Below are positions 1 through 13,182 of a stretch of 64,000 bases of DNA, piece after piece. The translations under genes and the position numbers were made by a program. Position 1 is the first letter of the stretch. Every line of letters begins with the position of its first letter. Below the pieces are notes generated by a model. It saw only the letters and a list, made by a program, of their open reading frames with translations, ran no database searches and was not told the DNA's origin. The stretch is from Piromyces finnis finn (taxonomy: Eukaryota > Fungi > Neocallimastigomycota), in NCBI GenBank assembly GCA_002104945.1, contig MCFH01000062.1, forward strand, positions 1 to 64,000, given 5' to 3'.

Positions 1-362
1 TCTGGTATATGTTTTATTTTACTTATTTTTTATTGGAGCCAATAAAATTTAATTATATAATTTTATTTTATAAAAAAATATTCTAATTAAAAAAAAAAAC
101 AAAATAAAGTAAAAATGTTTATAAAAAAAATAAAGAATGATCACAATTAAAACTCTTAATAAAGAAACACAAAGATAATAATTATATTAAAAGATATTGT
201 TAATATGTGTTTTTTAATTTTAATATTATTATTTATATTTTTTATGAGTTAATATTTTAGTAAAAATAAGTAAATAAATAAATATATTTTCATAACTTTA
301 AAGTATTAATATTAAAATTTATAAATATCAATTAATTTTTACAAATTAAATAATTATTTTTC

Positions 363-3300
363 TTATATACATTGAGAATACCAATCATTAATTTTTTTAC
401 AGGTACCAACTTGACAACAGGTACTACCACTGTAATTATTACCACCACATTGAGCGTATTGTGGAACACAATTTCCATTAGCAGCATTATTGCTTGCAGC
501 ATTATTACTAGCAGCGTCATTGTTGCCCCAGTAATTTCCATTGTTATTATTTTCCCAGTTACTATTGCCATTGCTATTCCAGCTGTTACCATTGTTACTA
601 TTATCCCAGTAATTGTTACCATTACTATTCCAGCTGTTGCCATTGTTACTATTATCCCAATAATTGTTACCATTACTATTCCAGTTGTTACCATTGTTGT
701 TACTACCCCAGTAAGAATTATTATTGTTATTACTTGGATTAGAGGTTGGAAGTGTTCCTGGACTATTTGATTGAATGGTCTTTGAATTAGATGTAGTAAC
801 AGGAACAGTTTTAACTCCAGTAGAAACAAATACGGTCTTAGTTATAGTTGAAGATGGTAAAGTTTTTGGACCGGTAGCAGTTGAAATAGTCTTAGTAATG
901 GTAACTGATGGTATAGTTTTTGCACCAGTAGAAATTTGAATAGTTTTGGAAGAAACAGGTAAAGTCTTAGCATTAGAAGAAATTGGTAAAGTCTTTCCAC
1001 TAGATGAGACTGGTAAGGTTTTAGCATTAGTAGTACCTGGTAAAGTCTTACCACTGGAAGAAACTGGTAAAGTCTTTCCACTAGAAGAGACTGGTAAGGT
1101 TTTAGCATTAGTAGTACCTGGTAAGGTCTTACCACTAGAAGAGACTGGTAAAGTCTTGGAAGCAGCAGCATTTCCAGTTGGTAAAGTCTTACCATTGGAA
1201 GAAACTGGTAAAGTCTTAGCATTAGAAGAAACTGGTAAAGTCTTACCACTGGAAGAAACTGGTAAGGTTTTAGCATTAGTAGTACCTGGTAAAGTCTTAC
1301 CACTGGAAGAAACAGGTAAAGTCTTAGCATTAGAAGAGACTGGTAAAGTCTTTCCACTGGAAGAAACTGGTAAAGTCTTACCACTAGATGAAACTGGTAA
1401 GGTCTTACCACTAGAAGAGACTGGTAAAGTCTTAGCATTAGTAGTACCTGGTAAGGTCTTACCACTAGAAGAGACTGGTAAGGTTTTAGCATTAGAAGAG
1501 ACTGGTAAGGTCTTAGCATTAGTAGTACCTGGTAAAGTCTTACCACTGGAAGAAACTGGTAAAGTCTTAGCATTAGTAGTACCTGGTAAAGTCTTACCAC
1601 TAGAAGAGACTGGTAAGGTCTTACCACTTGATGAGACTGGTAAAGTCTTACCACTAGATGAAACTGGTAAGGTTTTAGCATTAGTAGTACCTGGTAAGGT
1701 CTTACCACTAGAAGAGACTGGTAAAGTCTTAGCATTAGTAGTACCTGGTAAAGTCTTACCACTGGAAGAAACTGGTAAAGTCTTAGCATTAGAAGAGACT
1801 GGTAAAGTCTTACCACTGGAAGAAACTGGTAAAGTCTTAGCATTAGTAGTACCTGGTAAAGTCTTACCACTAGAAGAGACTGGTAAGGTCTTACCACTTG
1901 ATGAGACTGGTAAAGTCTTACCACTAGATGAAACTGGTAAGGTTTTAGCATTAGTAGTACCTGGTAAGGTCTTACCACTAGAAGAGACTGGTAAAGTCTT
2001 AGCATTAGTAGTACCTGGTAAAGTCTTACCACTGGAAGAAACTGGTAAAGTCTTAGCATTAGAAGAGACTGGTAAAGTCTTACCACTGGAAGAAACTGGT
2101 AAAGTCTTAGCATTAGTAGTACCTGGTAAAGTCTTACCACTAGAAGAGACTGGTAAGGTCTTACCACTTGATGAGACTGGTAAAGTCTTACCACTAGATG
2201 AAACTGGTAAGGTTTTAGCATTAGTAGTACCTGGTAAGGTCTTACCACTAGAAGAGACTGGTAAAGTCTTAGCATTAGTAGTACCTGGTAAAGTCTTACC
2301 ACTGGAAGAAACTGGTAAAGTCTTAGCATTAGAAGAGACTGGTAAAGTCTTACCACTGGAAGAAACTGGTAAGGTCTTACCACTAGAAGAGACTGGTAAA
2401 GTCTTAGCATTAGAAGAGACTGGTAAGGTCTTACCACTTGATGAGACTGGTAAAGTCTTACCACTAGATGAAACTGGTAAGGTTTTAGCATTAGTAGTAC
2501 CTGGTAAGGTCTTACCACTAGAAGAGACTGGTAAAGTCTTAGCATTAGTAGTACCTGGTAAAGTCTTACCACTGGAAGAAACTGGTAAAGTCTTACCACT
2601 AGATGAAACTGGTAAGGTCTTACCACTAGAAGAGACTGGTAAAGTCTTAGCATTAGTAGTACCTGGTAAGGTCTTACCACTAGAAGAGACTGGTAAGGTT
2701 TTAGCATTAGAAGAGACTGGTAAGGTCTTAGCATTAGTAGTACCTGGTAAAGTCTTACCACTGGAAGAAACTGGTAAAGTCTTAGCATTAGTAGTACCTG
2801 GTAAAGTTTTACCACTGGAAGAAACTGGTAAAGTCTTAGCATTAGTAGTACCTGGTAAAGTCTTACCACTAGAAGAGACTGGTAAGGTCTTACCACTTGA
2901 TGAGACTGGTAAAGTCTTACCACTAGATGAAACTGGTAAGGTTTTAGCATTAGTAGTACCTGGTAAGGTCTTACCACTAGAAGAGACTGGTAAAGTCTTG
3001 GAAGCAGCAGCATTTCCAGTTGGTAAAGTCTTACCACTGGAAGAAACTGGTAAAGTCTTAGCATTAGAAGAAACTGGTAAAGTCTTACCACTTGATGAGA
3101 CTGGTAAAGTCTTACCACTGGAAGAAACTGGTAAAGTCTTAGCATTAGTAGTACCTGGTAAAGTCTTACCACTGGAAGAAACTGGTAAAGTCTTACCACT
3201 GGAAGAAACTGGTAAGGTCTTACCACTAGAAGAGACTGGTAAAGTCTTAGCATTAGAAGAGACTGGTAAGGTCTTACCACTTGATGAGACTGGTAAAGTC

Positions 3301-4445
3301 TTACCACTAGATGAAACTGGTAAGGTTTTAGCATTAGTAGTACCTGGTAAGGTCTTACCACTAGAAGAGACTGGTAAAGTCTTAGCATTAGTAGTACCTG
3401 GTAAAGTCTTACCACTGGAAGAAACTGGTAAAGTCTTACCACTAGATGAAACTGGTAAGGTCTTACCACTAGAAGAGACTGGTAAAGTCTTAGCATTAGT
3501 AGTACCTGGTAAGGTCTTACCACTAGAAGAGACTGGTAAGGTTTTAGCATTAGAAGAGACTGGTAAGGTCTTAGCATTAGTAGTACCTGGTAAAGTCTTA
3601 CCACTGGAAGAAACTGGTAAAGTCTTAGCATTAGAAGAAACTGGTAAAGTCTTAGCATTGGAAGCGACTGGTAAAGACTTAGAGTTGGAGGATTGAGAAC
3701 CACTACCACCAATATATACCTTAGCGTATGGGAAATCAGCAGTACCAGAAGTACCTGATCCAACACTTCCAGCTTCACCTAATACTTTTGCTTCATACAT
3801 TTTACCCATTTTCATACCAAGTTCAGCCCATTTATCAAAGTGAGCTGTAATATCAATTGTACCACAATCACGAGCTTCCTTACGAATACTGAAGAATTGT
3901 TTGAAATTTGTATCTCCAACAATGGATGGTCCATAACGTTCATTTTCATAAATGGTATATTCAGCACCATCAATAGTATAATCACCGTGTTTTTTATTTC
4001 CAACCCAATCTCCTGGACGATATTGACTTAGCCAATTATCAACAATATAGTATTCAACAAGTGGTTCCTGAGTCCAACCATAAATACCTACATAGGAATA
4101 ATCGACATTGGAAATACTTTGCTTAACTAGTTTAAAGTCAGCATATAAATGACCTATTTGATCATATGTTTGAGTACTATCAAAGGAAAGACCGGAACGA
4201 CATAAGTAATCTTTTGAATTTTCAAATTTACATGTAAATGAACCATCTGAATAGAAAGTAGCACTATTTTCACCACCATCGAACCAAATTTCATATCCAA
4301 TATCACCTATCATACCATATTTACATGTTGTTTCTTTAATACTTTCACCTGTATGACCAGTTGCTGAACAGAAACTTTGAGCTTTTACAAAGCATACTGA
4401 AGATGCCAATGATAATAATATATTAACAAATTTAGAATACTTCAT
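363..4445 (-). CDS. Secreted GH11 endo-1,4-beta-xylanase with a very long KTLP-repeat linker, an Asn/Trp-rich segment and a C-terminal CBM1
   Basis: Intronless 1360-aa ORF with a signal peptide. GH11 motifs [13 protein letters not shown] (nucleophile E131), GPSI and [10 protein letters not shown] (acid/base E224). C-terminal [21 protein letters not shown] is a CBM1. Confidence 0.95.
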   Translation of the reverse strand: MKYSKFVNILLSLASSVCFVKAQSFCSATGHTGESIKETTCKYGMIGDIGYEIWFDGGENSATFYSDGSFTCKFENSKDYLCRSGLSFDSTQTYDQIGHLYADFKLVKQSISNVDYSYVGIYGWTQEPLVEYYIVDNWLSQYRPGDWVGNKKHGDYTIDGAEYTIYENERYGPSIVGDTNFKQFFSIRKEARDCGTIDITAHFDKWAELGMKMGKMYEAKVLGEAGSVGSGTSGTADFPYAKVYIGGSGSQSSNSKSLPVASNAKTLPVSSNAKTLPVSSSGKTLPGTTNAKTLPVSSNAKTLPVSSSGKTLPGTTNAKTLPVSSSGKTLPVSSSGKTLPVSSSGKTLPGTTNAKTLPVSSSGKTLPGTTNAKTLPVSSSGKTLPVSSSGKTLPVSSNAKTLPVSSSGKTLPVSSSGKTLPVSSSGKTLPGTTNAKTLPVSSSGKTLPVSSSGKTLPVSSNAKTLPVSSSGKTLPTGNAAASKTLPVSSSGKTLPGTTNAKTLPVSSSGKTLPVSSSGKTLPVSSSGKTLPGTTNAKTLPVSSSGKTLPGTTNAKTLPVSSSGKTLPGTTNAKTLPVSSNAKTLPVSSSGKTLPGTTNAKTLPVSSSGKTLPVSSSGKTLPVSSSGKTLPGTTNAKTLPVSSSGKTLPGTTNAKTLPVSSSGKTLPVSSSGKTLPVSSNAKTLPVSSSGKTLPVSSSGKTLPVSSNAKTLPVSSSGKTLPGTTNAKTLPVSSSGKTLPGTTNAKTLPVSSSGKTLPVSSSGKTLPVSSSGKTLPGTTNAKTLPVSSSGKTLPVSSNAKTLPVSSSGKTLPGTTNAKTLPVSSSGKTLPGTTNAKTLPVSSSGKTLPVSSSGKTLPVSSSGKTLPGTTNAKTLPVSSSGKTLPVSSNAKTLPVSSSGKTLPGTTNAKTLPVSSSGKTLPGTTNAKTLPVSSSGKTLPVSSSGKTLPVSSSGKTLPGTTNAKTLPVSSSGKTLPGTTNAKTLPVSSNAKTLPVSSSGKTLPGTTNAKTLPVSSSGKTLPVSSSGKTLPVSSSGKTLPVSSNAKTLPVSSSGKTLPGTTNAKTLPVSSSGKTLPVSSNAKTLPVSSNGKTLPTGNAAASKTLPVSSSGKTLPGTTNAKTLPVSSSGKTLPVSSSGKTLPGTTNAKTLPVSSSGKTLPISSNAKTLPVSSKTIQISTGAKTIPSVTITKTISTATGPKTLPSSTITKTVFVSTGVKTVPVTTSNSKTIQSNSPGTLPTSNPSNNNNNSYWGSNNNGNNWNSNGNNYWDNSNNGNSWNSNGNNYWDNSNNGNSWNSNGNSNWENNNNGNYWGNNDAASNNAASNNAANGNCVPQYAQCGGNNYSGSTCCQVGTCKKINDWYSQCI
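946..3690 (-). repeat. Coding minisatellite of about 100 x 27 bp (KTLPVSSSG / KTLPGTTNA / KTLPVSSNA) with two 33-bp [11 protein letters not shown] variants
   Basis: Seen directly. The marker ttaccacttgatgag recurs at 1621, 1891, 2161 and 2431, a 270-bp higher-order period. Confidence 0.97.
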
Positions 4446-7130
4446 TTTGTATATATAGTATTATTTAATGTAGTATTAAATAAAAAATAAAGCAATTTTT
4501 TAACAATACTACCACAAAACAAAATTAATAATACAAATTAAAAAAAAAATTTTTTTTTAAAAGAAAAATTAATTTTTTATATTTTTTTCAAGTATAATAT
4601 TGTTTCTATATTTAATTGTACAACACTATATTCTAATCTATTATGTTCAAGTATGAGTAATTAAATTAATATTATTAATGTAAGAATCAGTTTAAATAAA
4701 AACTATTTTTATTTCAAATAATTATTATTAACTAGTTTCATAATCCTTTTTTTAAAATTAATTAAAAGAAATATAATATGAAATAAAATTAAAAATTTAG
4801 AAAGTATTAGTTTAGTATATTATAAGGTTTAAGTTAGAGTTTACTATTTCTATATGATATTTCAATACATTTGTAACTTTTTTATTTATTTCTTGAAAGC
4901 ATTTTTAGTAATTTTTTTTAATGAAAACTAGAATTTATTATTATATAATGTTTTAATGTTTTATTACAATTATATATAAATATATACATATTATTCAAAC
5001 TATTTTATATATATATACATTATTTATGATTATATGATTATAAATTAATAGATTTATTTTGTATATCTAACCCACTCTTATATGCAAGAAATATAGATGT
5101 TATTTTTTGTTTTATATATACAAATTAATAGAAATATTAATTTTAAAAGCAATTATCACTACATAATATATTTATAATATTTTTATTTCTTTATCTATCC
5201 TCTTTATATATTTTTATTCAGTTTACTCATCAAAAATCAAAAGAATATATGGTGATTTAAAAAAATATATAATTTAAAATACTCATAAGAATTAAAGTTT
5301 AATTTTTTTTTTTAAGTTATTTTTTAGTTTCAGTTTTATTTTTTTTTATATTTAGAATAGATATTTTATATTATTTTATTTAAAAAGTTTTATTAAAAAT
5401 TTTTAAAAATATTATACTTTTTAAGTATAGACATTAACTTTTTTTATACAAACTTTTTTAATTTAAAAGTCAACTTTTTTTTTTAGTCAATAAAGTTGTA
5501 TATTCAATTTGAAACAAAGACATTCTTGGTTTTATTATAAGAAAAAAACAAGAATAATCATGTGTATATAATCATAATTATCCATATATATATACCTTTT
5601 TTTTTGAATAATAAACAATAATTGATTACCATTTTTTTTTCTTTCGTATAAATTACTAGTTTTATTCTTATTTAAATTTAAAATCGAAAAGGTTCTACAG
5701 AAAATAAATTATTCAATCTTTAAAAAGACTATTAAGATATTTTAAATTTATATGTATTTAAAATATAAGAGTAAATAAAAATGAAGTAATTTATATCATA
5801 ATAATTAATTTTTTTTGAGTTTCCAGTCCTATATAATATTTAAACACTTTTATAATTTTTCATATTTTAATATAAATTTTTTTGAGATTCATGAATTCAA
5901 TATATCAATTCTAATATTATCCTCTCTTTCATTTATATTTTTTTTTTTGATATAAAAAGCTTATATTATGTATATGTTAATCAATACTTAATCCTTTTAC
6001 TGAATTTATTTTTTTTAGAATTTTATTAAAGATAAAAAAAAAAAAAGATTTAGGAATTGATGGAAAATAATAAGTAGATAATAGATAATAGTTCATGTTA
6101 AATTTTATAAAAGATTTATTTTTTTATAACATAATACATTAATATCATAAATAAGATTTTTTAAAATGTGAAAAAAAAGAAATAAATAAAATAATGCTGT
6201 GATAAATCTAAAAAAAAAAAAAGTAGATTGTTTGGAAAAGAATATTTTTCTATGGGCGTTCTTAATAATTTAATTAAATGGTAAATCAACAGTGGAAGCA
6301 TACCAAATTTTAATTAAAGTTTTGAAAATCAAAGGAAAAAAAAAAAACGAGCTTAAGTCAAATATGATAAATTTAATGAAAATTATAAACTATTTAAAAT
6401 AAAATAGGTTAATGAACAACAAATTTATTGAATATGTCATTTTTAATTTTTATTGTAGACAAACGAAAGATGTAATAATTTTCTTTAATATTATTACTTT
6501 TATATTTAAGCAACAATGATTAAAAACTTTTATTTATGCTTAATCGTACTAAATATATAAAATTAACCTATTTTTAATTATAATAATCGTCAACTTTTTT
6601 AAATTCCTGAATATTTAATTTAAATAGAAATTAACCACATTTTTTTTTTTTAAATTAAATTATAAAATTCATTGGATGTGAATGAAAAATAAAGAATTAA
6701 TTTTTATATTTTTAGGTATTAAAAATAAGAAATTAATAAAAAAGAAGCTTTACTATTTGTTAAAAGAAAATCTATTAAATAAATAATTTTTATAAATAAA
6801 AATGAAAATAAAATTAAAATAATGAAAAGAATAATCATTAATTAAACATTAATTTGTGAAATAATTTGAATTTTTTTTTTAATTGTTTAAATGATAATCC
6901 TAATTAAAATAAAATGGTTTAAAACAAGGTTAATATAAGTAATTACATTGTACTATGAAATAATTAATATGAATTTTAATATATTTTAATATTTTTGTGT
7001 TATGAAATCAATATTATTTAATAGTTAACTATTTTCATTTTATATATTTTTAATTGTAAAATGAAACTGCCATTTGTTTTTTTTTTTTTAACATTCTTCT
7101 TATAATAATTATAAAATTGTAAATAAAAAA

Positions 7131-8414
7131 ATGAAAAAATATTCATTAATTAAATCATTACTATCTATTATTGTATCGACAAACATCACAAATGCCTACC
7201 AATTTTGTAATAAAATAGAGCATACGGGTGAAAGTGTTGTTGAAATGACTTATAATGCTGGTAAAATTGGTGGAATAGATTATGATTTATGGTTCAAAGA
7301 AGGTATAAATTCTGCAACATTTTATAGTGATGGTTCAATGACATGTTCTTTTCAAGATACTATGAATTATATGTGCCGTACAGGTATTAAATTTGATAGT
7401 ACAAAAACATTTAATCAAATTGGACATTTATATGCAGACTTTAAATATATTGAAAATAATAATAGTAATGTAGACTATTCATATATCGGTGTCTACGGTT
7501 TAACCAAACATCCACAAATCGAATTTTATATAGTAGAAAATTGGATTGGTGATAATCACCCGGAAAATGATACTTTTGGAAAAAATTATGGTGATTTTAT
7601 TATTAATGGTGAAGAATATACAATTTATGAAAGTGAACCAGTTGGTAAATCGATTAATGGTGAAACACCATATAAAAAATTTTATAGTTTTCGTAAAACT
7701 CCAAGTTCATGTGGTTCTATTGATATTACAGCACATTTTGAACAATGGGATAATATAGGTTTAACATTAGGTTATTTATATGAAGCTAAAGTTTTTGCTC
7801 AAGTGGGAAGTTATAATTTAGGAACATCCGGTTCAATTGATTTCCCCTATGCATTAGTTTATGTTAAAGATGGTATTGAAAACAAAAAAGTACTTACTTT
7901 TAATGCCATTCCAACCACTTCAATAGAATCTAATACTATTAATGAAATAATACCAACAGTATCAACAGAATATAACTATAATGAAAATAGTAATGCTAAT
8001 AGTTATGATTTATATAATAATGGAGAAATTACTGTCACAAAGGTAATTTCATCAATTACTGAGTCTATAATTGAAACAGAAGCTCCATATGATATAAGTA
8101 AAGAAAATGATATTAATTTTATATTAGCAGCTGAAACTGTAGAACCAGAAGAAACCTATATAATACCAGATTATATTCCACCTTCTTCAACCATTATAAG
8201 AAAAGAAACTTATTTACCACCCATTATTAACGAGGAATATGTAGATAATACCATTTTACAAGATGGAAATAATGAAGAAAGTAAAAAAGTAGAAAATGAT
8301 AATTGTGTTCCGCTCTATGGTCAATGTGGGGGAAAAGACTATAATGGTAGTACCTGTTGTAAGGAAGGAAAATGTGCATATTTAAATGAATGGTATTATC
8401 AATGTATCCTTTAA
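7131..8414 (+). CDS. GH11 xylanase-like protein with CBM1; acid/base Glu replaced by Gln (probable pseudoenzyme)
   Basis: 427-aa ORF with a signal peptide that aligns residue-for-residue with the neighbouring GH11 domain. IEFYIVENW (E131) is kept, but EAKVFAQVG carries Q224. C-terminal CBM1 CVPLYGQCGG...EWYYQCIL. Confidence 0.92.
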   Translation: MKKYSLIKSLLSIIVSTNITNAYQFCNKIEHTGESVVEMTYNAGKIGGIDYDLWFKEGINSATFYSDGSMTCSFQDTMNYMCRTGIKFDSTKTFNQIGHLYADFKYIENNNSNVDYSYIGVYGLTKHPQIEFYIVENWIGDNHPENDTFGKNYGDFIINGEEYTIYESEPVGKSINGETPYKKFYSFRKTPSSCGSIDITAHFEQWDNIGLTLGYLYEAKVFAQVGSYNLGTSGSIDFPYALVYVKDGIENKKVLTFNAIPTTSIESNTINEIIPTVSTEYNYNENSNANSYDLYNNGEITVTKVISSITESIIETEAPYDISKENDINFILAAETVEPEETYIIPDYIPPSSTIIRKETYLPPIINEEYVDNTILQDGNNEESKKVENDNCVPLYGQCGGKDYNGSTCCKEGKCAYLNEWYYQCIL

Positions 8415-8952
8415 TCACTCGAAATTCTATAAAGTTATTTATTTTCAAATTTATTTACAAATTTATAACAGCAAAATTATAAATTTAATTAATAAGAATA
8501 TAAAATATCAAAAATGTGTAAAAATTTTTTTATTTTAATAATTATTAATGTATATAATTTATTTATTATGTTAAATAAAAAGAAATATAAAAATGGAAAA
8601 GTATTAATATTGTTTTTGAATTAATGTTCATGAACTAAAATAATAAATAATATTAAGTTCATTTTAACTTTAATTGTTTTTTTATAATCCATCAAAACTA
8701 TTAAAAAAAAAAGAGAAAAAAAAAGAGAGAATAATTAAAAAGATCATTCTTAAATCATTCCTTAATAATAAAAATATTCTATTCTCTACTTTTAATAATA
8801 ATTTGAGAAACATTAATATGCTTATTAATAATTCAATCAATTTTGTAGAAGATTAAATATATCAATGATGAATTAATATAAATCCTAAATTTTTGACGAT
8901 TTTAGCCAGACTTTTTTTCAAAATTTTCATTATTATTAACTCTAGTTCTACT

Positions 8953-9352
<400 letters not shown>

Positions 9353-9997
9353 CTATAATAATAGATAATAAAATCATTAATGAATATTACAATATTTCCC
9401 TTTCTATTGTTGTAACTTTAGCCATTGTTGGTATATAGAAAATTGTTATATTATTTGTATATAATTTATTTCATTTATACTATATAATTTATTATATTTA
9501 AATTTTAATATATAATTAATTAAAATATACGAATGAAAATAAATTAAAAGTATTTTTTTTTTTTGTTTTAAATTATTTCCATTTTTATATTTATTAGAAA
9601 AAAGAAAGCTTAAATTATAATAAAATAAAATCTGGTCAATATTTTTTTATTGGTAAAAGTTTTTAATTTGATGCCGTTAACCATTACACAAAATTGTGTT
9701 TTTACTTTTTTTTTTTTTTTCATTTTTTATAATTAATTAAAAAAAAAAAAAATATAAATAGGAATTAAATATTCTTTTTTATTGTTTTTACTTTTTTTTT
9801 AAATTCTGTTTTGTTTTTTATGTATATATAACTTTTTATTTTTTTAAAAAATTTTTAAAATTACTCTAAATTTATGATAAATAATTTGAATGAAAAAACA
9901 ATTTAATAAGAATATTAAAAGAAGAAAGTGAAAGAAGAGTAATTCAACTAACAACAATTTCATATTATCATTAAAGTAAAAAAAAAAAAAAAAAAAA

Positions 9998-11433
9998 ATG
10001 TATGATAGAAGTCAATTTATAGAAAATGGAACCTATGCTTCAAATTGGGAATGGTTAAAAAGTAAAGGAACAAGTTATCAATGTTATCTAGATTATATAA
10101 AAATCGAAAAAGGTCAAGAAGAACAAATTGGCGAAACTGTTAATTCAATAAGAATTATTATATATGCTTTATCTCGACCATTTTCATTTGTTTTCTTTTA
10201 TTGGACTTTACTTGTATTTTTTTTACATAAATTTAATTTCAAGAAACCCGTTATGAAAATTCTTTTAATTCATATCATTTTACGGTAATTATTCTATATT
10301 ATGATAATTAAAATAAAATAAAAAAATAAATAAATAAATATAGACAATGAAAGCCAACACTAATATTAAATACCATAATACCATAAACCTGTTTAAATAT
10401 ACATATATATAAAAGTGTTTCCGGAAATGTAATTGATAAATTAGGTGAATTATTTTCATTATATTTTTCTGTTACATATTCTGATGAAGGTGTAATGAGT
10501 TGTGTCAATACTGTTTCATCTCCTGAAAGACATCCTCTACGATGGGTTTTAACTCGTCAATTAGGTAACTTTTTATGGTATTTAGGAGAAATAGTAGCTG
10601 ATTGGTATCCATTACTTCGTACTAAAGCTGTAGTTAAGGAAAAACATTTAATACGTTGGGTATTTATTTCTTGTGGTATATATAATTTATCAAAGATTAT
10701 ACTCATTGGAATTCATTTTAAAGTAACACCTTCTCAATTATACAACGAAAAAGGCGAATATGATAAGGACAGAATGGATATGTTTTATTTTGTGTATTGG
10801 GTAGTTCAATTAATTATTATCTATACCTCAGCCTTATATGACTTATTTGTATATCTTGTTTTAAAAAAGAGTGTATTTACAAATAGTCGTACAGATATTG
10901 GATTTTTTAAAAAGTTTAAAACGATTTCAGAGTATAGAATCCTTCTATCTGCCATCATTTCAGCTTTATTTTTGCCAATTGTTTCAGTGACTATTATTAT
11001 TAAATTTATTTATTACATAAAATATAACTTTCATGATTTAGATTTTTCTTTTGATGAAGTTAGAAAAATTATCTCAAATGTTCAATACTATATGATTTTC
11101 ATTGATCAAATTTTATTATTCCAATCGAAACAAGAAACCTCCTATGATACAAATGTTTCATCAAATTCATACAAATTAAGTTTAAATAAATCCAATGGAA
11201 GTAGGTCGGAAAAATTTCAATATTCAACATTAAACAATAGTACCAATGCATTACTTTCCAGATCTACAATTGAACAGTCAGAAAGTAATACAAATACAAA
11301 CATGATAATTTCAAGTATGGATTATTATAATAATACTTTTAATACTATAACTAGAAAAGAAATTAATATGAATAATTATAAATTTGGAAATAATAACAAT
11401 TCAAATCGTACCAAAGATAGAAATGTATCATAA
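9998..11433 (+). CDS. Two-exon orphan seven-transmembrane (GPCR-like) membrane protein
   Basis: Exon 9998-10284, phase-2 GT..AG intron 10285-10415, exon 10416-11433; splicing joins the two tracked ORFs in frame. About seven hydrophobic segments, DWYPLLR at the end of TM3 and a Ser/Thr/Asn-rich C-tail. Confidence 0.7.
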
Positions 11434-13182
11434 TAGCAATAATTTGTATTATAGACGTTAGAACAAAAAGTGATTAGTTTTTATTTATTTCATTCATTAT
11501 AATTTTTTTTTTTTTTAATTTTTAATTAAATTATTTATTAATTATAATAATAAATAATTTATTTATTTTCATTTTATCTATTATAAAATAATAATTATAT
11601 GAAATTTATAAATTTAATAGAAATAGAAAAATACTATTATAATATATATTATAATATATATTATAATATTTTCTAGATGAATAATAAAAAAAAATTAGAG
11701 TATACCTTTTAATAAATATTTCTGAAACATTATAAAAATAAAACTGTACAATATCTTTTAATATATTGAATGTATAAAACAATAAATATATAATGTATAC
11801 CAAAATGGAAAATTTAAAACATTTAGTTATTAAATTAAAAATAAAGGCAACATTTTATCATACATTTAAATAGTTTAAATAGAAATTAATTTATGACTGT
11901 TACATACAATTTCTTAAAATGGAAATAAATAAACACTTTTCTATTTTCCATTAACCTTACATGTGTAACTATAAATATGAATTAAATATTTTGTAAATTA
12001 AAAATAAATTAAATTATTATTTAAACTAAAAGCATTTACCAAAAAATTTTATATAAAAAAGGAAAAACTTTACCAGAAAAGCAATAGAAAAGAATAATAT
12101 AATGTTCTAGAATGATACTAATTTTAAATAGAATTGTAATTATTAATTTTTTCAAAGCCATAGAAGAATTTTGAAACAAAACAAATAAAAAAAAATTAAA
12201 GTTTAATAACTATTGAAAGATGAAAGTTAATAAAAATAATATATATAAAGAAAAGAAAAAGAAAAAATAGTTTGAATGAAAAATGAAAATTCATCTTTGA
12301 GTATATATTTAAATAATATTAATTAATATATTCATCTTTGAATATATTAATTAATTAAATAATAAAAGGGAAACATTTTTTAAAGTAAATAAAGATATTT
12401 TATTAATTTAATATATAAAATAATATATTGTCATATATATTAATATGAAATATATGTATACCTTTTAAAAAACTAATTAATATATAAAAATATATAAAAA
12501 TTTTTACTTATGGATTATTTTAATGTGTATCATGTGATATATTGCATGCTATATCAGATGATAAGAGTTAAGTTTAATTGAAAAAGAAAAATATTCCTTC
12601 CCTTTATCTTAATTTTTATTAAATTGGAAAAGAAAAAGTATATTATGTATTCTAATAAAACTAATTTTATAATTTATTAATATATATAAATATGGTATGG
12701 ATCATACAACAATAAAATTTCAATTTTATATCTATTTTGAAATACTGAATATTTTAATTATTTTTTTTTTTTATTGTTTTTATATATTAAACTATTAAAG
12801 GATTTACTATAAATATGAAAATGTTTTTATGAAGACTAATATCATTTTGATAAATATAGACAGATATGGATATATTTATAATGGCAAAGCATATCAAGAT
12901 TTCGGTGTAATTTTTAATAATTATAATTTTTATTTGAGCATTTTGAATTTTGTATTAAATAAAATTATTAATGAATTTTGATAGAGATAAATAGAAAGTT
13001 TTTATATTTTAATAACTTTATTCTTGAAAATCAGTAATTATAAAAATTATGATATATTTTTTTAATTCTTTTTATAATTAAAAAAAAAATCTATTTTTGA
13101 CATATATTAAAAACTTTTCAATTAAAAAAGATATATTTTTTCTTGTTCCTTTTTTAAAAAATTAGAAAAAATTAAACAACTA

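Noticed and set aside
842-3778. Long alternative-frame ORFs (978 aa on minus, 916 aa on plus) and the small ORFs at 332-829 and 372-770
   Set aside because: They are shadows of stop-free tandem repeats inside the xylanase, and have no domain outside the repeat.
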